A DNA stretch of 64,000 bases, from contig CASIBH010000001.1 in NCBI GenBank assembly GCA_949372805.1, positions 18,771 to 82,770 of the forward strand, in the 5' to 3' direction. The DNA is from an uncultured Flavobacteriales bacterium. Its GTDB lineage: Bacteria; Bacteroidota; Bacteroidia; Flavobacteriales; BACL11. Each line of letters starts with the position of its first letter. The first letter of the stretch is position 1. Under the pieces are notes generated by a model. That model did not search any database and was not told the origin of the DNA. It saw nothing but the letters and a program-made list of their open reading frames with translations. Below, piece by piece: positions 20,836 to 31,691 of this stretch. A program made the position numbers and the translations under genes.

Positions 20836-23142
20836 ATGTGGAGTTCTATATCAGAATTAGTTTTAAGGAATAGAATTGTAATACTATTGTTAATAGTATT
20901 GTCGACAATTTTTATGGCTAATAAAGCATTAGATGTTAAATTCTCTTTTGATAGAGCAAAGATACTTCCATCTGATCACAAGGTTTATTTAGAAAATTTA
21001 GATTTTCAAAAAAAATATGGTCTTAAGCATGTTATGGCAGTGGCCGTTGAAGATAAAGATTTTTTTAATTTAGAAAATTTTAAGTTTTGGGATAATATTA
21101 CTTCACAAATATCAAAATTTGATGGAGTTGAAAATATATTATCAATTAATCTTATTTCTAAATTAGAAAAGCATGATTCTTTAGTAAAGTTTGAAGTTAA
21201 ACCATGGTTTGATAGTACTATTACTACACAAGCTGATCTAGATTCAGCCCTAGGTGTTTTGTCCAATCAAAAATTTTATGAAGGTATTTTTGATAGATCT
21301 AAAAATGGAACTATCATGTTAATTACTCTTGATAATGACATAATAAGCTCCAAATCAAGAGATTACACTATTTTAGGGATAAAAGAAATAGTTGATTCTT
21401 ATTCTGAAAAATATCAAGCATCTTTATTTTACTCTGGAATGCCTTATATGAGGACTGTTAATTCTATAAATTTAAAAAAAGAGATTTTACTATTTATTCT
21501 CTTAACTCTGTTTGTTACATCTTCAATTTTATTTTTGTTTTTCAGATCTATTAAGACTACTTTAATTTCAATGATGGTTGTTGTTATAGGTGCTATTTGG
21601 GCTTTTGGAACAATGTCTTTATTTGGTTATGAAATAACACTTTTGACTGCACTTGTTCCTCCGGTTTTAATAGTTATAGGTATTCCCAATTGTATTTTTC
21701 TGATTAATAAGTTTCATGCTGAGTTTAAGCGTAACGGTGATAAAAATAATGCACTAAAGATTATGATCAGTAAGATTGGTAATATTACATTCTTAACGAA
21801 TATTACTACTGCTTCAGGTTTTGCTGCTTTTACACTCACAGAAAGTCAATCTTTACAAGAATTTGGTCTTGTTTCTTCTCTAAATATTCTTGGAGTTTTT
21901 ATGTTTTCTCTTTTTATTATTCCAATTATGTTTTCATTTTTTCAGACTCCCAATTCAAAACATATAAAACATCTTGATAGAAAATGGATTAATTCTATAG
22001 TTAATTATTTGTCTTTTTTAATTCAAAACAAGCGATCAGCGATTTATAAGCTTACTATCTTATTGTTTTTATTAGGGGTTTTTGGATTATTTAAAGTTCA
22101 AATTACTGGAAACTTAAGTGATGATTTTAATAAAAAACAAGATTTATATAAAGATTTAAAGTTCTTTGAAAGAAATTATGGTGGTGTTATGCCATTAGAG
22201 ATTCTGGTTAATACTAAGAAAAAAAACGGTTTACTTAAGTCCTATAACCTGAAGAAAATTGACGAACTAAATGATATACTTCTGACATATAAAGAGTTTT
22301 CTAAACCTTCTTCTTATATTGATTTTCTTAAATATAGCAAGCAAGCTTATTATAATAATGACACCTCATATTATAGTTTGCCAAATAGTCAAGAGCAAAG
22401 ATTTTTAACTCCATATCTAGCAAATACAGATTCTGATCTTGATGTAAGTAATATTTATGTAGATTCTTTAAATCAAGAAGCTAGAATTAGTTTACGTATT
22501 GCTGATATTAGTACAACAAAAATGGACAGTATAATGTCAGATTTAGAGCCAAAAATTGCCTCCTTATTTGATGCGGAAAAATATGATGTGATAATTACAG
22601 GCACAACAAAAGTGCTTTTAACTGGCACAAAATTTTTATTAAGTAATTTATTTGTTAGTTTATTTTTAGTTATTATTTTAATTTCAATCTTTATGGCCTT
22701 TATGTTTGGATCTACAAGAATGGTGATTTTATCTTTAGTTCCCAATTTACTTCCTCTGTTACTTACAGGCGCTATTATGGGGTTCTTTGGTATTGCTTTA
22801 AAACCTTCAACAATTTTAGTTTTTAGTATTGCTTTTGGTATCTCTGTTGATGATACGATTCATTTTTTAGCAAAATATAGACAAGAATTAGTAAGTAGTA
22901 ATTGGAACGTTAAGTTGTCTGTTTTAGAAGCTTTAAAAGAAACAGGCGTTAGCATGATTTATACTTCTATTGTTTTATTCTGTGGATTTTTTATCTTTAT
23001 TGCTTCAGATTTTGGAGGAACTGTTGCGTTAGGACTTTTGGTGTCTATTACTTTGTTAATTGCCATGCTATCAAATTTATTATTGCTGCCTGCGTTATTA
23101 TTAACAAATGAAAAAAATTTAATGTTAAAGAATAATAATTAA
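20836..23142 (+). CDS. RND-superfamily transporter of the MMPL/sterol-sensing-domain type
   Basis: Two blocks of about six helices, each preceded by a large periplasmic loop. Duplicated motif GIPNCIFLINKFHAEF / GISVDDTIHFLAKYRQE. 768 aa. Confidence 0.8.
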   Translation: MWSSISELVLRNRIVILLLIVLSTIFMANKALDVKFSFDRAKILPSDHKVYLENLDFQKKYGLKHVMAVAVEDKDFFNLENFKFWDNITSQISKFDGVENILSINLISKLEKHDSLVKFEVKPWFDSTITTQADLDSALGVLSNQKFYEGIFDRSKNGTIMLITLDNDIISSKSRDYTILGIKEIVDSYSEKYQASLFYSGMPYMRTVNSINLKKEILLFILLTLFVTSSILFLFFRSIKTTLISMMVVVIGAIWAFGTMSLFGYEITLLTALVPPVLIVIGIPNCIFLINKFHAEFKRNGDKNNALKIMISKIGNITFLTNITTASGFAAFTLTESQSLQEFGLVSSLNILGVFMFSLFIIPIMFSFFQTPNSKHIKHLDRKWINSIVNYLSFLIQNKRSAIYKLTILLFLLGVFGLFKVQITGNLSDDFNKKQDLYKDLKFFERNYGGVMPLEILVNTKKKNGLLKSYNLKKIDELNDILLTYKEFSKPSSYIDFLKYSKQAYYNNDTSYYSLPNSQEQRFLTPYLANTDSDLDVSNIYVDSLNQEARISLRIADISTTKMDSIMSDLEPKIASLFDAEKYDVIITGTTKVLLTGTKFLLSNLFVSLFLVIILISIFMAFMFGSTRMVILSLVPNLLPLLLTGAIMGFFGIALKPSTILVFSIAFGISVDDTIHFLAKYRQELVSSNWNVKLSVLEALKETGVSMIYTSIVLFCGFFIFIASDFGGTVALGLLVSITLLIAMLSNLLLLPALLLTNEKNLMLKNNN

Positions 23143-23152
23143 TTTTTATAAT

Positions 23153-24007
23153 ATGAAAGGCATAGTTTTAGCTGGAGGTTCTGGCACAAGATTGCATCCA
23201 ATAACAATGGCAATGAGTAAGCAGATGATTCCTATTTATGATAAGCCAATGATTTATTACCCTATTTCAACATTAATTTATTCTGGAATAAGAGAAATAT
23301 TAATTATTTCTACTCCACAAGATCTACCTCTTTTTGAAAAACTTCTTGGTGATGGCTCACAATTAGGGTGCTCATTCTCTTATAAAATTCAGCATGAGCC
23401 AAATGGGCTCGCTCAAGCTTTTGTTATAGGTGAAGACTTTATAGGTAAGGATAAGGTATGTTTAATTTTAGGAGATAATATTTTTCAAATGAAAGTTAAA
23501 ATATTACAGGATTGCTCTAATGTGGATGGTGGTATTGTATTTGGTTATCATGTTCATGACCCAGAACGCTATGGAGTTGTGGAGTTTGATGATAAATTAA
23601 AGGCAATTTCTTTAGAAGAAAAACCTTTAAAACCAAAGTCTAATTATGCTGTTCCTGGATTATATTTTTACGATAATTCAGTGATTGAAATTGCAAAAAA
23701 AATTAAACCATCAGAAAGAGGTGAATACGAAATAACTGATCTTAATAAATATTATCTAAATCAAAATAGATTAGATGTTAGATTAATGAGTAAAGGTTCT
23801 GTTTGGCTTGACACGGGTACCATCCAATCTCTTTTACAGGCAACCCAATATGTTCAAGTTATTGAGGAAAGACAAGGGAGAAAAATTGGTTGTATTGAAG
23901 AAGCTGCATATTTTAGTGGCTTTATTAATGCAAGCGAATTATTAGCTTTAGCCTATCCTCTTAAAAAAAGTGGATATGGTAATTATTTAGAAAGTTTAGT
24001 TAAATAA
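23153..24007 (+). CDS. rfbA: Glucose-1-phosphate thymidylyltransferase
   Basis: MKGIVLAGGSGTRLHPIT...SKQM.PIYDKPMIYYP...LGDNIF...YGVVEFD. Confidence 0.92.
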   Translation: MKGIVLAGGSGTRLHPITMAMSKQMIPIYDKPMIYYPISTLIYSGIREILIISTPQDLPLFEKLLGDGSQLGCSFSYKIQHEPNGLAQAFVIGEDFIGKDKVCLILGDNIFQMKVKILQDCSNVDGGIVFGYHVHDPERYGVVEFDDKLKAISLEEKPLKPKSNYAVPGLYFYDNSVIEIAKKIKPSERGEYEITDLNKYYLNQNRLDVRLMSKGSVWLDTGTIQSLLQATQYVQVIEERQGRKIGCIEEAAYFSGFINASELLALAYPLKKSGYGNYLESLVK

Positions 24008-24972
24008 TGCTAAACATTAAAGAATTATATACAGTTGTAGAAGATGAAATAGGTTCTTTACAACTTTCTAAATCTCCAAAAAATTTATATGATCCTATCT
24101 CTTATATAATGAATATAGGAGGTAAAAGAATGCGAGCAATTTTATTATTATTATCAAATCAAATTTTTAGCAAAGATTTAACATTAGCACTAAAACCGGC
24201 TATTGGAATTGAGGTGTTCCATAATTTCACGCTCATACATGATGATATTATGGATAATGCTCCTCTAAGAAGAGGTATGCAAACAATTCATGAAAAATGG
24301 GATAATAATACAGCCATTTTATCAGGGGATACAATGATGATTCAAGCTTATCAGTTAATATTAAAAACCCCAGATAAATATTTGCGTGAAGTCTTAAGTT
24401 TATTTAGTGATACTGCTGTTAGTGTCTGTGAGGGACAGCAATTTGATATGGATTTTGAAATCACTAATAATGTAACACTGCAGGATTACATTAGTATGAT
24501 TGAAAAAAAAACAGCAATTTTACTAGCTACATCTTTAAAAATAGGAGCTATTATCGGTGGAGCTTCACATGTAGATGCAAATAATTTATATGAATTTGGT
24601 AGAAATATTGGTATTGCTTTTCAGATAAAAGATGATTTATTAGATGCATATGGTGATCCTGAAAAATTTGGTAAAAAAATAGGTGGTGATATTGATTCAA
24701 ATAAAAAAACATTTTTGTTTTTAAAAGTATTAGAATCATGTTCTGAAATTGATAGAGAAAAGATTTTAAAATTATTTGAAACCAACGAGAATACTGCTCT
24801 TAAAAAGAAACATGTAATGGATCTTTATGATAAGTATGATGCCTATGAAGTTTCTAATACACAAATCCTTTACTATCACGATTTAGCTATTAAACATCTA
24901 AATAATATTATCGGTGAAAATAAAGAACCTCTTTATGAATTTGCAAATCAATTGTTAAAAAGAGAAGTTTAA
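24007..24972 (+). CDS. Polyprenyl diphosphate synthase (trans-isoprenyl diphosphate synthase family)
   Basis: Start overlaps the rfbA stop (TAATG). GGKRMRAILLL. First Asp-rich motif LIHDDIMDN. Second Asp-rich motif FQIKDDLLDAYG. KKIGGDI. Confidence 0.88.
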   Translation: MLNIKELYTVVEDEIGSLQLSKSPKNLYDPISYIMNIGGKRMRAILLLLSNQIFSKDLTLALKPAIGIEVFHNFTLIHDDIMDNAPLRRGMQTIHEKWDNNTAILSGDTMMIQAYQLILKTPDKYLREVLSLFSDTAVSVCEGQQFDMDFEITNNVTLQDYISMIEKKTAILLATSLKIGAIIGGASHVDANNLYEFGRNIGIAFQIKDDLLDAYGDPEKFGKKIGGDIDSNKKTFLFLKVLESCSEIDREKILKLFETNENTALKKKHVMDLYDKYDAYEVSNTQILYYHDLAIKHLNNIIGENKEPLYEFANQLLKREV

Positions 24973-25039
24973 TTTTTTTTTCTAATTCTTTAATTGAATA
25001 AAATTTAAATAGTTTTACATACATTAATTAACCCTCCAA

Positions 25040-27757
25040 ATGGATAAATTTTCTTTTTTAGGCGCAGTTCATACAAATATGATTGAGGATTTGTATAAAA
25101 GCTATTTAAAAGATGAATCAAGCGTTGATTCTAATTGGAAAAATTTTTTTCAAGGTTTTGATTTTGCTCAATCAAACTATCAAAAGGACTCTGATGATAA
25201 TAAGATTGTTCCTAATGAGTTTAAGGTTATTAATCTCATAGATGCTTATAGAAAAAGAGGTCATTTATTTACATTAACAAATCCTGTCAGAGAAAGAAGG
25301 AAATACAAGCCAAATTTAGATATTGAAAATTTTGGACTTTTTAAATCAGATTTAGATACTATTTTTAGAGCTGGAGAGGAAATTGGAATTGGTTCAAGTA
25401 AGCTATCTGAAATTATTTCTCACTTAGACTCTGTTTATTGCCAATCTATTGGTGTAGAGTTTATGTATATTAGAAATCCTAAAAAAATCAATTGGATACT
25501 AAATAAATTACAAGAAAACTCAAATCTTCCGAAATTTAAAATTCATGAGAAACAACATATTTTACATAAACTGAATCAAGCAGTAGCATTTGAAAGTTTT
25601 TTACATAAGAAATTTGTTGGTCAAAAAAGATTTTCACTTGAAGGTGCAGAATCTTTAATTCCTGCTCTTGACTCATTAATTGAACATAGCACTTTGTTAG
25701 GGGTAAAAGAGTGTGTAATGGGAATGGCTCATAGAGGAAGGTTAAATGTATTGGCTAATATTTTTAATAAGACTTATAAAGATATATTTTCTGAGTTTGA
25801 GGGTAAATTGTATGAAGATGATTTTATTGCTGGAGATGTGAAATACCATTTAGGCTTTACATCTTTACAGAAATGTAATAACGGAAATGATATTAAAATA
25901 AGTTTATCTCCAAATCCATCTCATTTAGAAGCTGTTGACCCAGTTGTACAAGGAATTGCACGTGCAAAGCTTGACAAACAATATAGTGGAGATGTAAGTA
26001 AAATATTACCTATACTTATTCATGGTGATGCTGCTTTTGCTGGCCAAGGAGTGGTTTATGAAATAATTCAAATGGCAAATCTTAAAGGTTATCAAACTGG
26101 AGGGACGATTCATATTATTGTAAATAACCAAGTAGGATTTACTACAAATTATCTTGATGCTCGTTCAAGTGTTTATTGTACAGATGTAGCAAAAGTTACT
26201 TTGTCTCCAGTTTTTCATGTAAATGGAGATGATGTCGAGGCTGTTGTTCATACAATGCAAATTGCTGCTGAGTATAGACAGAAATTTAATCAAGATGTTT
26301 TTATTGATTTATTGTGTTATAGAAAGTATGGGCACAATGAAGGGGATGAGCCAAGATTTACTCAGCCCAAATTATATGATCTAATTGCTAAACATCCTAA
26401 CCCACGAGAGATTTATAAAAAGAAATTAATTGACGAAGGAGTATCAGAGTCAGTTGCTATCGACTCATTAGATAGGGAATTTAAAGATTTACTTCAAGAA
26501 AGGTTTAATGAGTCTAAAGAAATAAAAAAAGCTAAAATCACTCCTTTCTTAGAAGATGAGTGGAGCGATTTATCATACCAAAAGGATTATGACTTTAAAG
26601 ATAATGGTTCTACATTAGTTGCTAAAGACAAGGTTAATGATATTTCTAAATTTTTACATGAATTTCCTGACCAAGAGCTTCTATTTAAGAAAACTCAAAA
26701 ATTACTTCTTAATAGAAAAAAAATGATTGAAAATGATCAGTTAGACTGGTCTTTTGGAGAGTTATTTGCCTATGCAGTTTTACTTGACGAAGGTTTTGAT
26801 GTAAGAATAAGTGGTCAAGACGTTGAAAGAGGTACATTTTCACATCGTCATGCTATTTTAAAAACTCAGGATGCTGAAAAGGAAATATCCCCTCTTAATT
26901 TAATCAATGAAAATGCTAATTTTGAGATTTATAACTCCTTATTGTCAGAATATGGTGTACTGGGGTTTGATTATGGATACTCAATAGCTTCCCCAAATAC
27001 ATTAACAATTTGGGAGGCGCAATTTGGTGATTTTAGTAATGGAGCTCAGATAATGATTGATCAATTTATTAGTTGTGCTGAAGATAAATGGAGAATTCAG
27101 AGTGGTTTAGTCATGCTTCTTCCACATGGATATGAAGGTCAAGGGGCAGAACATTCCTCAGCAAGATTAGAAAGATATTTACAGCTATGTGCTCAAAATA
27201 ATATTCAAATTGTTAACTGTACCACACCCGCTAATTTCTTTCACGTCTTAAGAAGACAAATGAAAAGAAATTTCAGGAAACCATTAATTGTGTTTACTCC
27301 CAAAAGTTTATTGAGACACAATCTATGTATTTCTAAAATAAAAGATTTTACCAGTGGATGTTTTGAGCCTATTATTGATGACTCTAATAGTAGTTCTTAC
27401 GATGATAGTACTCTAGTTTTATGCTCAGGTAAAATTTATTATGATTTATTTGAGGAACGTGAAAAAAATAAATGTTTTGATATCAAGCTTGTTAGAATAG
27501 AGCAGTTATATCCATTAGATATTGATTCTATTAAAAAAATATATAGCAAGAATAACCCTAAAAATTTTATATGGGTTCAAGAAGAACCTGAGAATATGGG
27601 AGCATGGCAATATATTCTTTCTAATTTAAATGACTTAAATATTACAAATATTAGTAGAAAAGCCAGCGCAGCAACTGCAAGTGGATCCAGTAAGAAATCA
27701 GCTATAAAACAACAAAGAATAATTGATGATGTTTTTAAATTTAGTAAGAAAAATTAA
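25040..27757 (+). CDS. sucA: 2-oxoglutarate dehydrogenase E1 component
   Basis: 905 aa. YRKRGHLFTLTNP, RFSLEGAESLIPAL, MGMAHRGRLNVLAN, HGDAAFAGQGVV, RKYGHNEGDEP, LLPHGYEGQGAEHSS. Confidence 0.95.
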   Translation: MDKFSFLGAVHTNMIEDLYKSYLKDESSVDSNWKNFFQGFDFAQSNYQKDSDDNKIVPNEFKVINLIDAYRKRGHLFTLTNPVRERRKYKPNLDIENFGLFKSDLDTIFRAGEEIGIGSSKLSEIISHLDSVYCQSIGVEFMYIRNPKKINWILNKLQENSNLPKFKIHEKQHILHKLNQAVAFESFLHKKFVGQKRFSLEGAESLIPALDSLIEHSTLLGVKECVMGMAHRGRLNVLANIFNKTYKDIFSEFEGKLYEDDFIAGDVKYHLGFTSLQKCNNGNDIKISLSPNPSHLEAVDPVVQGIARAKLDKQYSGDVSKILPILIHGDAAFAGQGVVYEIIQMANLKGYQTGGTIHIIVNNQVGFTTNYLDARSSVYCTDVAKVTLSPVFHVNGDDVEAVVHTMQIAAEYRQKFNQDVFIDLLCYRKYGHNEGDEPRFTQPKLYDLIAKHPNPREIYKKKLIDEGVSESVAIDSLDREFKDLLQERFNESKEIKKAKITPFLEDEWSDLSYQKDYDFKDNGSTLVAKDKVNDISKFLHEFPDQELLFKKTQKLLLNRKKMIENDQLDWSFGELFAYAVLLDEGFDVRISGQDVERGTFSHRHAILKTQDAEKEISPLNLINENANFEIYNSLLSEYGVLGFDYGYSIASPNTLTIWEAQFGDFSNGAQIMIDQFISCAEDKWRIQSGLVMLLPHGYEGQGAEHSSARLERYLQLCAQNNIQIVNCTTPANFFHVLRRQMKRNFRKPLIVFTPKSLLRHNLCISKIKDFTSGCFEPIIDDSNSSSYDDSTLVLCSGKIYYDLFEEREKNKCFDIKLVRIEQLYPLDIDSIKKIYSKNNPKNFIWVQEEPENMGAWQYILSNLNDLNITNISRKASAATASGSSKKSAIKQQRIIDDVFKFSKKN

Positions 27758-27760
27758 TTC

Positions 27761-27768
27761 TATTTTTG
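27761..27768 (+). promoter_or_regulatory. Candidate -7 element (TATTTTTG) between sucA and sucB
   Basis: Matches TAnnTTTG, 44 nt upstream of the sucB ATG. It may be an internal promoter or a chance match in AT-rich DNA. Confidence 0.3.
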
Positions 27769-27812
27769 TAAAACATTTTAATTATTCCATAAATTAAATA
27801 ATAAATTTTAAC

Positions 27813-29000
27813 ATGAAATTAGAAATGCGTGTACCAAGCCCAGGTGAATCAATATCTGAGGTGGAAATTGCAGAGTGGCTGGTTGAAGACGGTGATTATG
27901 TAGAGAAAGATCAATCTATTGCTGAGATAGATTCTGATAAAGCTACACTTGAACTTCCTGCAGAAGAAAGTGGTGTTATAAAAATTATTGTTGGTGATGG
28001 AGAAACTGTTGCAGTTGGTGATGTTGTATGTATAATTGATACTTCCGTAAAAGGAACCTCCTCTAAAAAGAAGACACCCCATGATAAGGTTGGTGAAAGT
28101 GTAAAGCTTGAAACTAAAAAATCAAACGAAAATTTAGTAAAAGCAACACCTCTTGCAAAAGAAATAATTAATCAGAATAATATTCAAGTTGATAAGATAA
28201 TAGCTAGCGGTGATGATGGTCGAATTACTAAATCTGATGTTGTTCAGCTAATGAATAGTAATAGTTCAAATGATGCTAGAGGGTCTTCGTTAAGTAAAAT
28301 GACTTCTCTTAGAAGGAAAATTGCTACTCGCCTTGTTGCTGTGAAAAATGAAACAGCTATGTTAACTACTTTTAATGAAGTAGATATGACAGCCATTAAT
28401 TTACTTAGAACGAAATACAAAGAGAGATTTAAGGAAAAGCATTCCGTCGGACTTGGTTTTATGTCTTTTTTTTCTAAAGCAGTTACAAAAGCTCTTGATG
28501 AGTTTAAGGATGTTAATGCAATGGTTAGTGGAGATCAAATAGTTCATTATGATTATGTTGATCTGGGGATTGCAGTTAGCGCTCCTAAAGGCTTAATGGT
28601 GCCAGTTGTTAGAAACGCTGAAGGGCTAACATTTAGAGAGATTGAATCTGAAATAAAGAGGCTAGCTATTAAAGCTAGAGATGGTAAAATTACAATTGAT
28701 GAAATGTTAAATGGCACTTTTACAATAACTAACGGTGGAGTTTTTGGGTCGATGCTATCTACACCAATTATTAATCCTCCACAAAGTGCTATTCTTGGTA
28801 TGCATAATATTGTTGAGCGCCCTGTTGCTTTAAATGGCGAAATTGTGATTAGACCAATTATGTATTTAGCTCTTTCATATGATCATAGGATAATTGATGG
28901 GAAATCTTCTGTAGGTTTTCTTTGTAAAGTTAAAGAGTATCTTGAAGATCCTTCAAATTATTTAATGGATAACCAAGTGGAAAAATCTTTAGAATTATAA
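27813..29000 (+). CDS. sucB: Dihydrolipoyllysine-residue succinyltransferase (2-oxoglutarate dehydrogenase E2)
   Basis: Lipoyl domain with [16 protein letters not shown]3-binding segment ATPLAKEII. Catalytic [11 protein letters not shown]. Confidence 0.95.
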   Translation: MKLEMRVPSPGESISEVEIAEWLVEDGDYVEKDQSIAEIDSDKATLELPAEESGVIKIIVGDGETVAVGDVVCIIDTSVKGTSSKKKTPHDKVGESVKLETKKSNENLVKATPLAKEIINQNNIQVDKIIASGDDGRITKSDVVQLMNSNSSNDARGSSLSKMTSLRRKIATRLVAVKNETAMLTTFNEVDMTAINLLRTKYKERFKEKHSVGLGFMSFFSKAVTKALDEFKDVNAMVSGDQIVHYDYVDLGIAVSAPKGLMVPVVRNAEGLTFREIESEIKRLAIKARDGKITIDEMLNGTFTITNGGVFGSMLSTPIINPPQSAILGMHNIVERPVALNGEIVIRPIMYLALSYDHRIIDGKSSVGFLCKVKEYLEDPSNYLMDNQVEKSLEL

Positions 29001-29001
29001 T

Positions 29002-29328
29002 TTACTCTGGAGCAATTTCAAATAACAACCCTTCAAGCTCATTAGTTATTGCAATTTGACATCCTAGTCTACTATTTTCTTTAACATTAAATGCTTCAGA
29101 AAGCATAGCTTCTTCTTCATCCTCCATTTCGGGTATATTATTATTTGAATTAATATAGCATTGACATGATGCGCACATTGCCATACCTCCACAAACTCCA
29201 ATTGTCCCCTCTGGCGCTAGTTCGTAAGAGCGAATTATTTCCATAAGGTTCATAGCCATATCTGTTGGTGCAACTACTTTATGAGTTTTCCCATCTCTAT
29301 CTGTTATGATAAGATTAACATCAGACAT
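29002..29328 (-). CDS. 2Fe-2S ferredoxin, adrenodoxin/putidaredoxin type
   Basis: 108 aa. CGGMAMCASCQCY ... SRLGCQI cysteine pattern. Confidence 0.88.
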   Translation of the reverse strand: MSDVNLIITDRDGKTHKVVAPTDMAMNLMEIIRSYELAPEGTIGVCGGMAMCASCQCYINSNNNIPEMEDEEEAMLSEAFNVKENSRLGCQIAITNELEGLLFEIAPE

Positions 29329-29336
29329 TTTGAGTT

Positions 29337-30389
29337 CTATTCATTAATTGCTTGTACAACAGGTTTTTTTGCTTCTTTTCTTGTGCCATCAAAACCATCA
29401 ATTCCGCTTACTGTTGTATATTTAAAAATATTTTTTTTGCCAGGGTTTATTATTTGATAAGCAGATTGACACATAAGTGTTGCTTCGTGAAATCCGCATA
29501 AAATTAGTTTTAACTTACCAGGGTAAGTGTTTACATCTCCAATGGCAAAAATTCCTGCTATATTAGTTTGGTAGTCAAAGGTGTCAACTTTTATTGCATT
29601 TTTCTCAATCTCAAGACCCCAATCTGCTATAGGTCCAAGTTTTGGAGATAAGCCAAAAAGAGGGATAAAGTGATCAACTTTAATCTCAGTATCAATTTTA
29701 TCTCTGGATACAATAATACTTTCTAATTTTTCCTTTCCATTAAGTTTTGTTATTTCTGCAGGAGTGATAATATTTATTTTATTATTATTTTTAAGTTCTC
29801 TTACTTTTTCAACTGAGTCAAGTGCACCTCTAAACTCATTTCTTCTATGTATAAGAGTAACTTTTGCATTAATATTAGCTAAAAAGATACTCCAGTCAAG
29901 TGCTGAATCTCCTCCTCCAGCAATTACAACATTTTTATTTCTATATATTTCTGGATCTTTTATCATATACTCAACTCCTTTGTCTTCATAGAAGCTAATG
30001 TTATCTAACGGTGGCTTTCTTGGCTCAAAACTTCCAAGACCGCCCGCAATAGCCACAACAGGAGCTTGATGTTTCGTTCCTTTATTTGTTATTACAGTAA
30101 AAATACCGTCTTTATCTTTTGAAATACTTTCTGCTCTTTCTCCAAGAGTAAACCCAGGTTCGAACTGTTTTGATTGTTCCAATAAGTTTTTTGTTAAATC
30201 TCCAGCTAAAATTTCAGGAAATCCGGGTATATCATATATTGGTTTTTTTGGGTATATTTCTGAACATTGTCCTCCTGCTTGAGGAAGAGCATCAATTAAA
30301 TGACATTTAAGTTTTAGTAATCCAGCTTCAAATACTGTAAATAAACCAGTTGGGCCTGCACCTATTATAAGTATATCTGTTTTAATCAT
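29337..30389 (-). CDS. Thioredoxin-reductase-like ferredoxin-NADP(+) reductase
   Basis: DILIIGAGPTGLF, VVIAGGGDSALDW, FAIGDV. About 350 aa. Lies directly upstream of the ferredoxin gene in the same orientation. Confidence 0.85.
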   Translation of the reverse strand: MIKTDILIIGAGPTGLFTVFEAGLLKLKCHLIDALPQAGGQCSEIYPKKPIYDIPGFPEILAGDLTKNLLEQSKQFEPGFTLGERAESISKDKDGIFTVITNKGTKHQAPVVAIAGGLGSFEPRKPPLDNISFYEDKGVEYMIKDPEIYRNKNVVIAGGGDSALDWSIFLANINAKVTLIHRRNEFRGALDSVEKVRELKNNNKINIITPAEITKLNGKEKLESIIVSRDKIDTEIKVDHFIPLFGLSPKLGPIADWGLEIEKNAIKVDTFDYQTNIAGIFAIGDVNTYPGKLKLILCGFHEATLMCQSAYQIINPGKKNIFKYTTVSGIDGFDGTRKEAKKPVVQAINE

Positions 30390-30433
30390 CTTCGCTTTAA
30401 TCTTATTTATTATTTTTTGAAAAGTATACCGTA

Positions 30434-30441
30434 CAAAATTA
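30434..30441 (-). promoter_or_regulatory. Candidate -7 element (TAATTTTG on the minus strand) for the reductase-ferredoxin pair
   Basis: Plus-strand CAAAATTA, about 45 nt upstream of the start at 30389. Confidence 0.4.
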
Positions 30442-30526
30442 CAAAGCTTTTTATATTTTTAATGAATATTGTACTAATAATTAGAAATTATAATTGCACA
30501 ATTAATTTGATGGAGTCTTAATAATA

Positions 30527-31141
30527 TTATCCATTTATTGCAACAACTTCTTTGATTTCATCACCAAGTTTTTGAATTAGCAAAGACTCAATCCCTTGCT
30601 TAAGCGTTGCTGTAGATGATGGACAGCCGCTACAAGCTCCTTTTAGCACCACTTTAACACTTCCATTGTCATATGAGTCAAATTCAATTGCTCCTCCATC
30701 TCCTTCAACTGCGGGCCTAATGTATTCATTTAATAAACCCACAATATTTCTTTCAAGTTCTGTTTTTGGTTCATTTCCACTTATTTGAATGCTTTCTGAG
30801 GTCTTTAGCTCTTCAGAGCTAATTGCATCCTTTTTTTTAATTTTTATATTTTCTGTGTAATTTTGAATTTCATCCTCATTTAGTATTGTTGTGATAAAAT
30901 TTCTTAACTCTAACGTTATTTCTCCCCAATCAATATTATCAGTTTTTGCAATTGAAATAAAGTTTTTACTTAAGAAAATACTTTCTACAAATGGAAGATT
31001 AAATATTTTGTTAATCATCGGGATTTTCTCTGCATCTATGGCGTCTATAAATTCAATACTTTGATCCGCAAGCATTCTATTTGAAACAAATTTCATCACT
31101 TTTGGATTTGGTGTACTCTCAACATATATACTATAATTCAT
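30527..31141 (-). CDS. Nfu/NifU-type Fe-S scaffold or carrier protein (Nfu N-terminal domain plus NifU C-terminal domain)
   Basis: N-terminal ESTPNPKVMKFV. C-terminal RPAVEGDGGAIEF...VKVVLKGACSGCPSSTATLK.GIE. Confidence 0.85.
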   Translation of the reverse strand: MNYSIYVESTPNPKVMKFVSNRMLADQSIEFIDAIDAEKIPMINKIFNLPFVESIFLSKNFISIAKTDNIDWGEITLELRNFITTILNEDEIQNYTENIKIKKKDAISSEELKTSESIQISGNEPKTELERNIVGLLNEYIRPAVEGDGGAIEFDSYDNGSVKVVLKGACSGCPSSTATLKQGIESLLIQKLGDEIKEVVAING

Positions 31142-31177
31142 AATTTCTATTTTTACAAAAATACAAACTCAAAATAT

Positions 31178-31690
31178 ATGGCCTTAGTAAAATCATTAAA
31201 AAATAAAATTCCTAATATTTCATCTAATGTTTATTTAGCAGAAAATGCAACAATCATAGGTGATGTAATAATTAAAGATAATTCTAGTGTTTGGTTTAAT
31301 GCTGTAGTTAGAGGAGATGTTAATTCTATCGAAATAGGTGAAAATGTAAATATTCAAGATGGAGTTATCATTCATTGTACATATAAAAAGACAAAAACTG
31401 TAATCGGTAACAACGTTTCTATTGGTCACGGAGCAATTGTTCATGGTTGTGTTATCCACGATAATGTTCTTGTTGGGATGGGAGCTATTATAATGGATGG
31501 TGTTAAGATTGAAGAAAATTCAATAATTGCAGCCGGAGCAGTTGTTACTCAGAACACTACAGTAAAATCAGGAGAAGTGTTTTCTGGTGTTCCTGCAAAG
31601 CTACATACACAAAAAAACAAAGAAGATATTAATAAATTAACTTTAGAGCTTGCTAATAATTATATTAAATATTCATCCTGGTACAAGTGA
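31178..31690 (+). CDS. Gamma-class carbonic anhydrase family protein (left-handed beta-helix, hexapeptide repeats)
   Basis: VWFNAVVRGDVNSIEIGENVNIQDGVIIH...IGHGAIVHGC.I.DN.LVGMGAIIMDG. Confidence 0.88.
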   Translation: MALVKSLKNKIPNISSNVYLAENATIIGDVIIKDNSSVWFNAVVRGDVNSIEIGENVNIQDGVIIHCTYKKTKTVIGNNVSIGHGAIVHGCVIHDNVLVGMGAIIMDGVKIEENSIIAAGAVVTQNTTVKSGEVFSGVPAKLHTQKNKEDINKLTLELANNYIKYSSWYK

Positions 31691-31691
31691 T

